Shown here piece by piece: positions 40,160 through 49,523 of a stretch of 64,000 bases of DNA. The translations under genes and the position numbers were made by a program. The notes below the pieces were generated by a model. That model worked only from the letters and a program-made list of their open reading frames with translations, was not told where the DNA came from and did no database searches. The number at the start of each line of letters is the position of its first letter. Within the stretch, counting starts at the first letter, position 1. The stretch is from a bacterium (GTDB lineage Bacteria; SAR324; NAC60-12). The stretch spans positions 3,616,001-3,680,000 of the forward strand of contig OZ242383.1 in NCBI GenBank assembly GCA_965209155.1, given 5' to 3'.

Positions 40160-40426
40160 ATGTTTACGAAGCTGAAAAGGATGTTCACCCAGGGCAATGG
40201 AAAAAGCGCGCGAATTGCCAAAAACCGCCTGCAATTGGTATTGACCCGGGAACGAACCGGTCTTTCGGAGAATGATCTCAATAAACTGAAAGGGGATCTC
40301 TATCGCGTCATCTCTCGATATTTCACGATTGATCGTACGAATTTAGAGATAGAAATCCTTTACAACAAAAATGGGCAATCGGCACTGAAAGTCAATACGC
40401 CTGTCGTCCCCAACCGCTCTTCCTGA
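40160..40426 (+). CDS. minE: Cell division topological specificity factor MinE
   Basis: SARIAKNRLQLVL..ER, VISRY; follows minD. Confidence 0.92.
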   Translation: MFTKLKRMFTQGNGKSARIAKNRLQLVLTRERTGLSENDLNKLKGDLYRVISRYFTIDRTNLEIEILYNKNGQSALKVNTPVVPNRSS

Positions 40427-40625
40427 CTACTGGGTTCGGTACTGCCCTTCACGAGGGTGATAAATCCAATGGTACCGTAGGGCCAAGTGAGTGCATGTTT
40501 TTATCCTTCCGGGTATTCGAAGCATTGTCATTCCGGGCTCAGACCCCCATTCGAATCTCTTCCCGGAGTGTCGGATCTCTATTTTCGTCGAGGGATCCGA
40601 CCTTGGATCGCACCCTCCAAGGATT

Positions 40626-41399
40626 TCAAATTCCTTCTTTGATCAAAAGGAATCCCCGGTTTTCCACAGTGTCGAAGGTCTGCATGGCACTGATCAAATC
40701 ATCGGATTTAACCCATACCCAGGGAGCCCTGTTGGGGTTCACGTCCATAATCAAGAATGAATCACTTTCCTTATCGTAAGCTCCGAGTGGTGAAATGTGA
40801 CCGCCCCCTGTTTGTCCGAGAGATTTTCTGGCATAGTTGACCAAAACGTAATCATCTCGGGTGGCCATGTTTTGAATGATTTCATTTTTAATCCTATCCA
40901 CGTCCGCATTATCGTCAACTACACGCAATGTGACTTCCAGTAAATGAGAACGTAAAACCCGGGCCAGTTGTCTTAACTGCAATCCATAGTCACTTTTTAA
41001 ATCTCCTTCAATATCGATAGGTTTTCCCAAGACCTCCACCCTGGTTTTGGTTTGATCACTGAGAACGTTGTTGGATGTATATTTACCAAAAAAGGGATTG
41101 AATCCCTTGGGGAGCCAGAATAATTCATTTTTAGCGATTGATTGATTGTCTTCTGGAAGATTGTCTTTTTTTCCGAGTCTCAATGCGTTCAAGACCATGG
41201 CAGAAGATGCCAGACCACAGAAAATTTTATTGTTCTGACTGACAAAATGATTACTCAACTGGAAAAAATCTTTTTTATGAGTTGACCGTGAAAGTCGATT
41301 CAGGCTTTCTTCGGAATCCCATAATACGAGAGACGCAGTTTTGGAATATACCGGGTGAATGAAAACGAATAAAATTATGATAAGAAAAATATTTTTCAT
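40626..41399 (-). CDS. Phytochelatin synthase family protein, exported
   Basis: Q....FCGLAS..MVLNAL, GGHISPLGAYD..SD..LIMDV (Cys-His-Asp triad), RGFL; signal peptide. Confidence 0.9.
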   Translation of the reverse strand: MKNIFLIIILFVFIHPVYSKTASLVLWDSEESLNRLSRSTHKKDFFQLSNHFVSQNNKIFCGLASSAMVLNALRLGKKDNLPEDNQSIAKNELFWLPKGFNPFFGKYTSNNVLSDQTKTRVEVLGKPIDIEGDLKSDYGLQLRQLARVLRSHLLEVTLRVVDDNADVDRIKNEIIQNMATRDDYVLVNYARKSLGQTGGGHISPLGAYDKESDSFLIMDVNPNRAPWVWVKSDDLISAMQTFDTVENRGFLLIKEGI

Positions 41400-41418
41400 T
41401 TTGTTTCCTTTGTAAGGC

Positions 41419-41667
41419 TCAGTCTACCGCGTGCGAGATTGCTTCTTCAGTGGCGATCAGAAAATCCAGGTAAATCGCTTTTGCCGGATCCGGCGCTTCT
41501 CCCCTGGCAATTCGGCGCTTCTCTTCGCGCCCCAGCGCAAGCCAGCCTTGCGCGCTCCGTGCGGTCACGCCGGCCAACGGAGCCGCATATTTCATGAAGT
41601 GACCGCTTCTCAATCCATCGCAAATTTTCTTTTGCAGACCTGGACTCAACTTTGTATTACGTCCCAT
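41419..41667 (-). pseudogene. Phage-like HTH / terminase-small-subunit-like fragment
   Basis: MGRNTKLSP..QKKICD.LR.G....AA..AGV.......WL..G pattern; AGGAG RBS; looks C-terminally truncated. Confidence 0.5.
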
Positions 41668-41679
41668 GTTTACTCCTAA

Positions 41680-41790
41680 TTAAACCACCCTCAGCTGAAG
41701 CTGAGGGATTTACTCAAAGGGCTATAAGTCCAACATTCAGCTAAAGCTGTCATTCGTGCCGGATATTCTCAATGTGATCCGCTTGATGGG
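41680..41790 (-). mobile_element. Solitary IS200/IS605-type right end
   Basis: Minus strand AAAT-CCCTCAGC-TTCA-GCTGAGGG-TGGT-TTAA; guide AAAT predicts cleavage site TTAA; inner boundary approximate. Confidence 0.6.
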
Positions 41791-41870
41791 TATCAGAGTG
41801 ATTAAGGAGAGTATTATGAAAGGTTGGTTGGAATTGTCAAGTTGAAAATAAGGTTGAGAGGAAGGGATTT

Positions 41871-42046
41871 GGCTTGGAAGATTGGATATTCAAGCAAAGA
41901 ATCGAATCTGGAGAGTTTCGAAATGATCTTGTAGGTTACGGGGTTGCTTTATCCGTTTCCTCAATTGATGAACCCTGAAACTCAGGGATAAAAGTAAATT
42001 CAAGAGTCTATTAAAAAGAATATATCCAAACTTCCAAGCCTGACCC
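41871..42046. mobile_element. MITE-like element, copy 1 (~176 bp)
   Basis: Terminal inverted repeats GGCTTGGAAG.TTGGATAT / ATATCCAA.CTTCCAAGCC; near-identical to 43461..43636. Confidence 0.7.
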
Positions 42047-42126
42047 TTTACCGTTTACCATCGATCAAGCACAGGGCAGATTTATTTTCTTTTGAAAAAT
42101 CGAGTTGCCTGAGGAGACCTGCATTT

Positions 42127-43302
42127 TCATTGGGCAGGATAGACAGTTTTGGTCAGCAAATGGTGGTGGATGAAATCCCAATCCAGGGCAACCCCAAGGC
42201 CGGGACCCATGGGGGGTTCCACACAGCCCTCACTGTCAATGGATTCCAACACATCTTGGTAGCCACAGGAGAAGACGGGGGGAAAAATATTTTCGGGGAT
42301 GTCGGGACTGACCAGCAACATCTCATAGAAATTGGTGTTACGAATCGCAGCCATGCAATGGCGATGGCACGGACCAGCACCGTGAATCTCCACATCAAGT
42401 CCGAATGCCTCGGCGAGATGGGCCGTTTTCAGGGTGCCGGTGACGCCGAAATCGTAATCGGGATCGACCCGCACGAAATCAGTCGCCTCAGCGACGATAC
42501 AGTCTGCCTTGTTCTCCAACCCGCGCACATGCTCCGTAATCAAAATCGGTGTCTTGATAAAATGACGTAGCTTGCGGTGGGCGTGATGGGATATCCCGGA
42601 ATCCATCATGGGATCCTCTAACCAAAAGAATCCGGCCTCGTCACAGGCTCTCCCGACCTCCAGGGCCTCAGCGAAGGTTCTCAAAGCACAACAAGGGTCT
42701 GTCATCAATTTCATCTTTCCCTCGAACTCCCGGCCGAGCAACCGCACCGCTTCGACCTCATGCTTCACATGGCCACTGCTCCAGCCATGCATTTTGAAGC
42801 CCTGATATCCCAAAGAATAGCAATGCTGAGCGAAGGTCAGATAATCCTGTGGGGTGGAGAGACTGCCATGGGTATCGGCATGAATCGTGCTGGCATACGC
42901 AGGCAATTTCTTCCGGTAAATGCCCAACATCTCGCACAAAGGCTGCCCAGTGGCTTTCCCGGCCAGATCCCACAGTGCAATGTCGATCATGCCATAGCCC
43001 ATGTGGTCATATTGACGTAAGGCGACCTTCATATCGTTATAAATCTCTTCCCGGGCATAGGGATCGCGGCCAATGAGGAAGGGGGCCATAATCCGGACTT
43101 GGGCCAGCGACGGGGTCTTGGGTGCCCGGGACACATACTCCCCTTGGAGTCCATCATCCGTTGAGATAGTAATGGCATAGTTCGTGACCGGGAGTTTCCC
43201 GCCTGGACAAAAGCCCGTATTGAATCCTTTTCCTCCATCCGGCCCCACATTCTGCAAGGTATACTGAAATTCATACACTTCTACGCGATCAATCTTACTC
43301 AT
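42127..43302 (-). CDS. Mandelate racemase/enolase superfamily enzyme
   Basis: IDIALWDLAGK, AYAST, GFKMH, LM.D, FWLEDP, EIH. Confidence 0.9.
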   Translation of the reverse strand: MSKIDRVEVYEFQYTLQNVGPDGGKGFNTGFCPGGKLPVTNYAITISTDDGLQGEYVSRAPKTPSLAQVRIMAPFLIGRDPYAREEIYNDMKVALRQYDHMGYGMIDIALWDLAGKATGQPLCEMLGIYRKKLPAYASTIHADTHGSLSTPQDYLTFAQHCYSLGYQGFKMHGWSSGHVKHEVEAVRLLGREFEGKMKLMTDPCCALRTFAEALEVGRACDEAGFFWLEDPMMDSGISHHAHRKLRHFIKTPILITEHVRGLENKADCIVAEATDFVRVDPDYDFGVTGTLKTAHLAEAFGLDVEIHGAGPCHRHCMAAIRNTNFYEMLLVSPDIPENIFPPVFSCGYQDVLESIDSEGCVEPPMGPGLGVALDWDFIHHHLLTKTVYPAQ

Positions 43303-43460
43303 ACCGTTACCTCCGTAACATTCATGTCATCCACTTAACTTTCTGATTCTGCGACGAGCTCTTGCATGGCGTCCCAAGCCTTATGAAACCAGACTAATCA
43401 TTCACTCCCTAAAAGTCAACATTGAATACCCACCATAGTAGAAGAAAGGGAAGGCGATCA

Positions 43461-43636
43461 GGCTTGGAAGATTGGATATTCAAGCAAAGAATCGAATCTG
43501 GAGAGTTTCGAGATGATCTTGTAGGTTACGGGGTTGCTTTATCCGTTTCCTCAATTGATGAACCCTGAAACTCAGGGATAAAAGTAAATTCAAGAGCCTA
43601 TTATAAAGAATATATCCAAGCTTCCAAGCCTGACCC
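43461..43636. mobile_element. MITE-like element, copy 2
   Basis: Direct repeat of 41871..42046; inverted repeat extends to TCAGGCTTGGAAG / CTTCCAAGCCTGA. Confidence 0.7.
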
Positions 43637-43806
43637 CTTTCTCAAGAAGCCTGTCAACACTTTGAAAAAGAACGAGAGCCATGGAAGCAAGAGCGCTTAG
43701 AACAGTGAACCTTCGCATTTTGGCTCATGATCCTAAAGAAACGGATCTCCCTGATTGACAGATTTTTAAATTTTTTTACGAATCCTGCATTTTTTTTATT
43801 TGGGGG

Positions 43807-43835
43807 TTGACATTATTAAAAAAAATATATATAGT
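43807..43835 (+). promoter_or_regulatory. Sigma70-type promoter for the ABC operon
   Basis: TTGACA-N17-TATAGT. Confidence 0.7.
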
Positions 43836-44021
43836 TAGAATCATACCTTCACTAAGTTGTTTTAGTGAAAAAGAGGGTTCCCGATCGATGGAACAACATC
43901 GTGGGAGGACTTGAAAACGATCGGTCCTCTCCGGGAATCTTTTAATGATATTTAGCTGAACGGGTTTTTCAGAGACCTGAAAAGTTACAATATTTTTAAA
44001 CATCCAAAAGGAGAAAGTCGT

Positions 44022-45809
44022 ATGTTTAATCAAAAAAGCAACTCAAAATTGAGCGCAACCCTGCTGGCTCTCATCATGGGAGGATGCGTCTTCATGGCTG
44101 GTCAGGTCTGGGCAGACGGATATGTGACTGATCCCGCCACAGGAAGAACATGGACCAAACCAGAGTATGGTGGGACACTCACGTGGGCCGTTAAGCACTA
44201 TCCTAAGAGTGCTGACGCGTTTACGGCTGGTGGCTGGGCAGGTCACTTCGCCAGTTCCGTTTTAGAGCAGATGGCCTTTGGCAACTGGGATGTCCCCAGG
44301 GAACTCGTCGATGACCTGGCTTGGGTATGGACGGGCCCTAACATGTACGCAGGCGCTCTGGCCACAAGCTGGGCAATGCCCGACGACACGACGTTCATCT
44401 GGAACGTCCGGCAGGGCGTACACTGGCATGATAAGCCGCCGATGTCCGGTCGGGAATTCAATGCTCATGACGTCGTATGGAACTACCACCGCTATGCTGG
44501 TATGGGTGAATTCGCCGAAGCCGGACCGGCCCCCATAGGCTATATACTAGATGCTCTGGAGTTCGAATCTGTTACGGCCACCGACAACTGGACGGTCGTG
44601 TTCAAGCTGAAGAAACCTCTGGCGAATACTGTGGAGAATTTCTTAAACAAACTGACTTATATGTACCCCCCCGAGGTATATAAGAATGAAAATAGCTTTG
44701 AGGACTGGAAGAACCTGGTCGGCACCGGGCCCTATCAACTGACTGAATTTGTGGAGGGCAACTCTCAAACTTTTATAAAGAATCCCAACTACTGGGGGGT
44801 AGATGAAAAATTCGGGAACCGCCTGCCCTATATTGACGAGCTAAGGTCCGTGCTGTTACCAGAAGAGTCAGCACGGATTGCGGCATTGCGCTCGGGTAGG
44901 ATTGATTTCATTGGTAACCCAGGAGACGCTCAGATATCGAATGTCGACACTATAGCGAGCCTCCAGAAGAGCAACCCTGAACTCGAATTTCATTTCGTTA
45001 AAAGTGCGCTGTTCCCCTTTCAATTTAACCAGTCTCTGCCATACACGGAGGACGTAAGAGTGCGCAAGGCACTACAGATGGCAGTGGACAACGAGGCAAT
45101 TAACGCTAGCATCTATAAGGGTTTAGGTGTTGTAGAGCCTTATGGGGTTTATCTTCAAAATCTTACAGATTGGGTCTGGCCATATGAAAAATGGCCCGAC
45201 GAGGTCAAGCGTGAGTATGAGTATCGCCCGGCAGATGCAGAAGCGTTGCTTGATGAGGCCGGATATCCACGAGGCGCCGACGGCTATCGATTCAAGCTCA
45301 CGGTGAGCAATTGGGTGAGGCATGAACCGACCTATGCAGAAATCTTCATAGAGTACTTCCGCGCCATTGGCGTTGATGCCGAGCTCGTTATTCATACTGA
45401 AGCTGAGCATGAGGCTGCCAAAAGAGCGGAGACGCACGAGTGGCACATGATGCATGCTCAGGGTATGGGGGAACGTCGCCCAGGGCTCTGGCTTGCAGGG
45501 CTCGCCACCCAAAACGTGGCTCCTGGCAGCTTCAGCAAGGCGAAAGACTCGCGTCTCGAAACCTTTTATAATAACGCCAATAATACTACGGACCTCGAGG
45601 AGTTTTTTAGCAACATTCGAAAGATCGATGAGATTTTAATAAGGGAGCACTTTGGCCTGGTTAGACCTTTAGTCCCCTTATTTCAGGTGGCCCAGCCGTG
45701 GGTGGAAGGTTGGCACGGTGAATGGGGTATGGGATACGCCGAGCGTCATACCCACTTTTCTCGCCTCTGGATTGATAGTGCGCTGAAGAAAAAAATGATG
45801 GGAAACTAG
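44022..45809 (+). CDS. ABC transporter substrate-binding protein, family 5
   Basis: Signal peptide, PEYGGTL, VRQGVHWHDKPP.SGREF.A.DV, VGTGPY, DVRVRKALQMAVD. Confidence 0.9.
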   Translation: MFNQKSNSKLSATLLALIMGGCVFMAGQVWADGYVTDPATGRTWTKPEYGGTLTWAVKHYPKSADAFTAGGWAGHFASSVLEQMAFGNWDVPRELVDDLAWVWTGPNMYAGALATSWAMPDDTTFIWNVRQGVHWHDKPPMSGREFNAHDVVWNYHRYAGMGEFAEAGPAPIGYILDALEFESVTATDNWTVVFKLKKPLANTVENFLNKLTYMYPPEVYKNENSFEDWKNLVGTGPYQLTEFVEGNSQTFIKNPNYWGVDEKFGNRLPYIDELRSVLLPEESARIAALRSGRIDFIGNPGDAQISNVDTIASLQKSNPELEFHFVKSALFPFQFNQSLPYTEDVRVRKALQMAVDNEAINASIYKGLGVVEPYGVYLQNLTDWVWPYEKWPDEVKREYEYRPADAEALLDEAGYPRGADGYRFKLTVSNWVRHEPTYAEIFIEYFRAIGVDAELVIHTEAEHEAAKRAETHEWHMMHAQGMGERRPGLWLAGLATQNVAPGSFSKAKDSRLETFYNNANNTTDLEEFFSNIRKIDEILIREHFGLVRPLVPLFQVAQPWVEGWHGEWGMGYAERHTHFSRLWIDSALKKKMMGN

Positions 45810-45884
45810 CAGTACACTCCTGTGGAGCTGGGGGCGGTCGCATGTGAGCACGCTTCCCAGCTCCCATACTTGGGGCACAAACAC

Positions 45885-46898
45885 GTGAGTACCTATATCA
45901 TCAGGCGGTTGTTGCTCATCATCCCCACGTTGTTCATACTGACCATCATCGTCTTTGTTACGGTCCGCTTTATCCCCGGCGATACAATAGACGCAATGGT
46001 GGCTCAGATGGAGGGTGAATCCTCTGCCGTGGGTGGCGTAGACCGCGAAACTCTTGAGCGTATTATGGGACTGGACGTGCCTGTCTACGTGCAGTATGGA
46101 CGCTGGATCGGAGTGTTGTCGACCCCTGACTGGCAGCTTACCGGTGAGTCCCACTTCAGAGGTCTCCTCCAGGGCACCTTTGGCCACTCACTGTATGGCG
46201 GAGGCGCTACGGTAGAGGAGAGCATAATCGGGAGATTGCCAGTCACCATTGAGCTTGGTGTTCTGGCAATTGTAATTAGCCTCGTCATCGCCCTGCCCGT
46301 CGGCGTCTACTCGGCGATCCGCCAGGATACCGCCGCCGACTACGTCGGGCGCACCGTCGCCGTTATCGGCTTGGCAACGCCGAACTTCTGGCTGGCAACT
46401 ATGGTCCTGCTCTACCCGGCACTCTGGTGGGGCTGGTCGCCACCGATAGATCTGATTCCCTTCGAGGAAGACCCGCTGGGGAATCTCGGGATGTTCCTCA
46501 TTCCGGCCGTGATTCTGGGGACGGCCCTTGCTGCCAGCACCATGCGCATGACGCGCACCATGATGCTGGAGGTGCTCAGGCAAGACTATATCAGGACGGC
46601 TTGGTCAAAGGGGCTCAGGGAGCGGATAGTTATCATAAGACACGCCATCAAGAATGCCCTCATCCCGGTGGTGACGCTCATCGGCCTGCAGCTCCCCATC
46701 CTGATCGGGGGCTCCGTTATCTTGGAGCAAATATTCGCTCTGTCGGGGATAGGCCGTCTGTTTGTGGTTGCGCTCGATACAAGAGACTACCCGATCGTCT
46801 CCGCAATAAACCTGATTTTCGCTACAGCGGTTTTGGGGTTCAATCTCATCATCGACCTGATTTACTCTTACTTGGACCCCAGGATTCGGTATGAATGA
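45885..46898 (+). CDS. ABC peptide/nickel permease (DppB-like)
   Basis: YIIRRLLLIIPTL, QDYIRTAWSKGL, LDPRIRY; GTG start. Confidence 0.92.
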   Translation: MSTYIIRRLLLIIPTLFILTIIVFVTVRFIPGDTIDAMVAQMEGESSAVGGVDRETLERIMGLDVPVYVQYGRWIGVLSTPDWQLTGESHFRGLLQGTFGHSLYGGGATVEESIIGRLPVTIELGVLAIVISLVIALPVGVYSAIRQDTAADYVGRTVAVIGLATPNFWLATMVLLYPALWWGWSPPIDLIPFEEDPLGNLGMFLIPAVILGTALAASTMRMTRTMMLEVLRQDYIRTAWSKGLRERIVIIRHAIKNALIPVVTLIGLQLPILIGGSVILEQIFALSGIGRLFVVALDTRDYPIVSAINLIFATAVLGFNLIIDLIYSYLDPRIRYE

Positions 46899-47847
46899 GA
46901 CTTCATCCCCCATCCATGAGCCCAAACGACGGGGCCGGTTTGCTGATTTTTGGATCAGGCTTTTCAAGGAGAAGCCTCTTGGCACGGCCTGCGGGGTGAT
47001 CATCTTGCTCTTGATTTTGGTGGCGATTTTTGCCGATGTGCTGGCACCCTATCCCTTTAGTGAAATGCACCTGATGGACAGGCTGACAGGCCCCTCATCC
47101 CATTATCTGTTGGGGACCGACCAGATGGGACGAGACTTGTTCAGCCGCCTGATCTTCGGGGCGCGTATCTCCGTCTTTGTCGGTATGGCGGCGACCGTGC
47201 TCAATGTGGTCATCTCGGTCCTCATCGGCGGCATTTCAGGATTCATCGGGGGTAAATTTGATCTGGCGGTGCAACGCTTTGTTGATGCCTGGATGGCTTT
47301 TCCGGGACTGTTGCTCTTGCTGACCGTCATGTCCATTGTGGGAAGGGGACTCTTCCAGATCATTGTGGTGCTGGGGATCGCCGGAGGCATCAGCGGCTCC
47401 AGAGTCATCAGAAGCGCCGTGATCGCTATCAAAGAGAATGACTATTTTCTGGCAGCCCAGGCCGTGGGCACCCCCACGAGCCGAATCCTCAACCGCCATG
47501 TGCTGCCCAATATTATGGCACCGGTCATCATTATCTTCTCCATCAACATCGGGGGGGTGATTATGTCTTTGGCTGCTCTGGGATTCCTCGGATACGGTCT
47601 GCCACCCACCATTCCTGACTGGGGCAGCATGCTCAGCCGGGAAGGGCGCCGGTACATGGAACAGGCCCCCTGGCTGGCGCTCTGGCCGGGGCTGTGCCTG
47701 ACGATTGTCGTCTACTCTTTCAATATGTTCGGCGACGCCATCAGGGACCTGCTCGATCCCCGGCTACGGGGCAGTGAGGGCCGTTATGGCGCCACAGGAA
47801 AACGCAAACGAGGTCTCCTCTCCCGGCTGCTCAACCCTTTCTCTTAG
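46891..47847 (+). CDS. ABC peptide/nickel permease (DppC-like)
   Basis: LLGTDQMGRD, HVLPN, WG.ML, GDAIRDLLDPRLRG. Confidence 0.92.
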   Translation: MNETSSPIHEPKRRGRFADFWIRLFKEKPLGTACGVIILLLILVAIFADVLAPYPFSEMHLMDRLTGPSSHYLLGTDQMGRDLFSRLIFGARISVFVGMAATVLNVVISVLIGGISGFIGGKFDLAVQRFVDAWMAFPGLLLLLTVMSIVGRGLFQIIVVLGIAGGISGSRVIRSAVIAIKENDYFLAAQAVGTPTSRILNRHVLPNIMAPVIIIFSINIGGVIMSLAALGFLGYGLPPTIPDWGSMLSREGRRYMEQAPWLALWPGLCLTIVVYSFNMFGDAIRDLLDPRLRGSEGRYGATGKRKRGLLSRLLNPFS

Positions 47848-47989
47848 CAGAGACGGTCTCATAGGAGCACAGGATGAATTATGGTATTGTAGGGGGCTAG
47901 TATATTTTACACAGATCATCGCTCCAATTCCGGAGCGACTGAGTCAGTTTATGATGACCAATTAAGGGACTTTGAGGAGGTAAAACGCA

Positions 47990-48835
47990 ATGGGTGACAG
48001 ACTTGAGGGAAAAGTTGCAATCATAACCGGTGGGACGAGCGGTATCGGTTACCGGACAGTAGAGATATTTGTTGAGCAGGGAGCTCGCGTACTGATAGCG
48101 GCACGTTCCGAGGATGTGGGGCAGGCGCTGGCGGACAGGCTTGGTGACAGCGCGTTCTTCATACGGACTGACGTGACGCAAGAAGACGATATCAGGGCGA
48201 TGATCGACGCTGCCATGAAGCGATGGGGACAAATCGACTGTCTCTTCAATAATGCCAGCGCGGGTACAGCTGCTGGTCCAATCGACGAATTGGCTTACAC
48301 CGATTTTTTAGCAGCGATGGAACTGCAGATTGGGTCGGTTTTCCTGGGGACGAAGTATGTCGCCCCACTGATGAAGAAGCAGCGCAGCGGCAGCATCATC
48401 AACTGCGCTTCCATTGCGGGCATGGGTGTTGGGTATGGGCCAACGCTTTACAGCATAGGCAAGGCCGCGGTCATCAGCCTGACCAAGTGCGCAGCGATAG
48501 AGCTGGCGGAATTTGGTGTGCGAGTGAATTGCATCTCACCGGGGGGCATCTTGACGCCCATATTTATCGGCGGACACAAAGACCACGGCATGACCGACCA
48601 GGAAGCCGAGCGTGCCTTAGGCCGTATCAGCGCCTTCTTTGAGGAGGATTATCCTCTCAAGCGCGCAGGTACGCCCGAAGACATCGCCTACGCCGCGGTA
48701 TACCTGGCTTCCGACGAGAGCCCCCATACCACAGGAGATAATCTTGTCGTCGATACCGGGTTAACGCTAGGCAGGAGCGCAAAAATGCAGGCGGAAAGAG
48801 GCGCCTTGATGCAAAAGGCGATCTCTGGGGACTAG
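47990..48835 (+). CDS. Short-chain dehydrogenase/reductase
   Basis: TGGTSGIG, FNNA, YSIGK, RVNCISPG. Confidence 0.92.
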   Translation: MGDRLEGKVAIITGGTSGIGYRTVEIFVEQGARVLIAARSEDVGQALADRLGDSAFFIRTDVTQEDDIRAMIDAAMKRWGQIDCLFNNASAGTAAGPIDELAYTDFLAAMELQIGSVFLGTKYVAPLMKKQRSGSIINCASIAGMGVGYGPTLYSIGKAAVISLTKCAAIELAEFGVRVNCISPGGILTPIFIGGHKDHGMTDQEAERALGRISAFFEEDYPLKRAGTPEDIAYAAVYLASDESPHTTGDNLVVDTGLTLGRSAKMQAERGALMQKAISGD

Positions 48836-48952
48836 CGGTCGCTTGAGTGTTACAAACATCTCACAGGATTTTGTGATGGATTCAAGGCGTCTTAAGGCGA
48901 ACGGCTAGTACGCTGCGGCGAAAATATGTTTCAGATATTCACATTCGATAAT

Positions 48953-49514
48953 TAATCTCATTAAACCACCAGCTCTGCTGGTGCGAACCTAATTGGCTTT
49001 GCCGGTCAGACATGAGAAACGTATCCGTGTCCGTTAGCCGTGCTCGTGCTCGTGAACGGTCAGTGAATTCGACGGCACATTTTGGTTAACATAGAAACAA
49101 TGCGATGAAGTAACTGTTTCCCTTCGTCAAATAAAGGAGGCTGGATGATCTTCAACACGTTTAAAACATCGAGAATAGCAGCGCATTCCATTGCGGAACC
49201 TCGGGCCAATGCATAGAATCGTTGCTTGTCAGGAAAGGAATTTTTTCCACAGCCTTCTGCGATATTGAGAGGAATCGACCATGAGGCCCTTTTCAGTTGG
49301 TCAACTAAGGCTGAGTATCCTTTTGGCAATGTTTCGATGACTTGGACAGATAACGCTAAAAATTCGATGGAACATTGGTATAGATCGAGTTTTTCATGAT
49401 CTAACATGGCAGCCTTTTTCGTTCACGAGCACGAGCACGTCTTACGATGACGAACACGTTTTGCCCTCATACTGGGGGCCTCTTCAAGCCACCGGCTCTG
49501 CCGGTGGTGATGAC
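48953..49514 (+). mobile_element. Non-autonomous IS200/IS605-type element with four-helix-bundle cargo, copy 3 (562 bp, intact ORF)
   Basis: TAAT| ... TGAC| ends with the same hairpins as copies 1 and 2. Confidence 0.85.
49060..49407 (-). CDS. Four-helix-bundle protein (23S rRNA IVS protein / TIGR02436-like)
   Basis: HEKLDLYQ, DQLKRAS.SIPLNIAEG, RFY..ARGSAMEC.A.LD, RIVSMLTK. Confidence 0.92.
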   Translation of the reverse strand: MLDHEKLDLYQCSIEFLALSVQVIETLPKGYSALVDQLKRASWSIPLNIAEGCGKNSFPDKQRFYALARGSAMECAAILDVLNVLKIIQPPLFDEGKQLLHRIVSMLTKMCRRIH

Positions 49515-49523
49515 TTATGCAGA

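Noticed and set aside
43861..43945. Cobalamin or other known riboswitch
   Set aside because: No B12-box or other recognisable consensus; kept only as an unknown structured leader
49060..49407. Diversity-generating retroelement (Avd-like gene)
   Set aside because: No reverse transcriptase in the window and no TR/VR pair with adenine-specific differences
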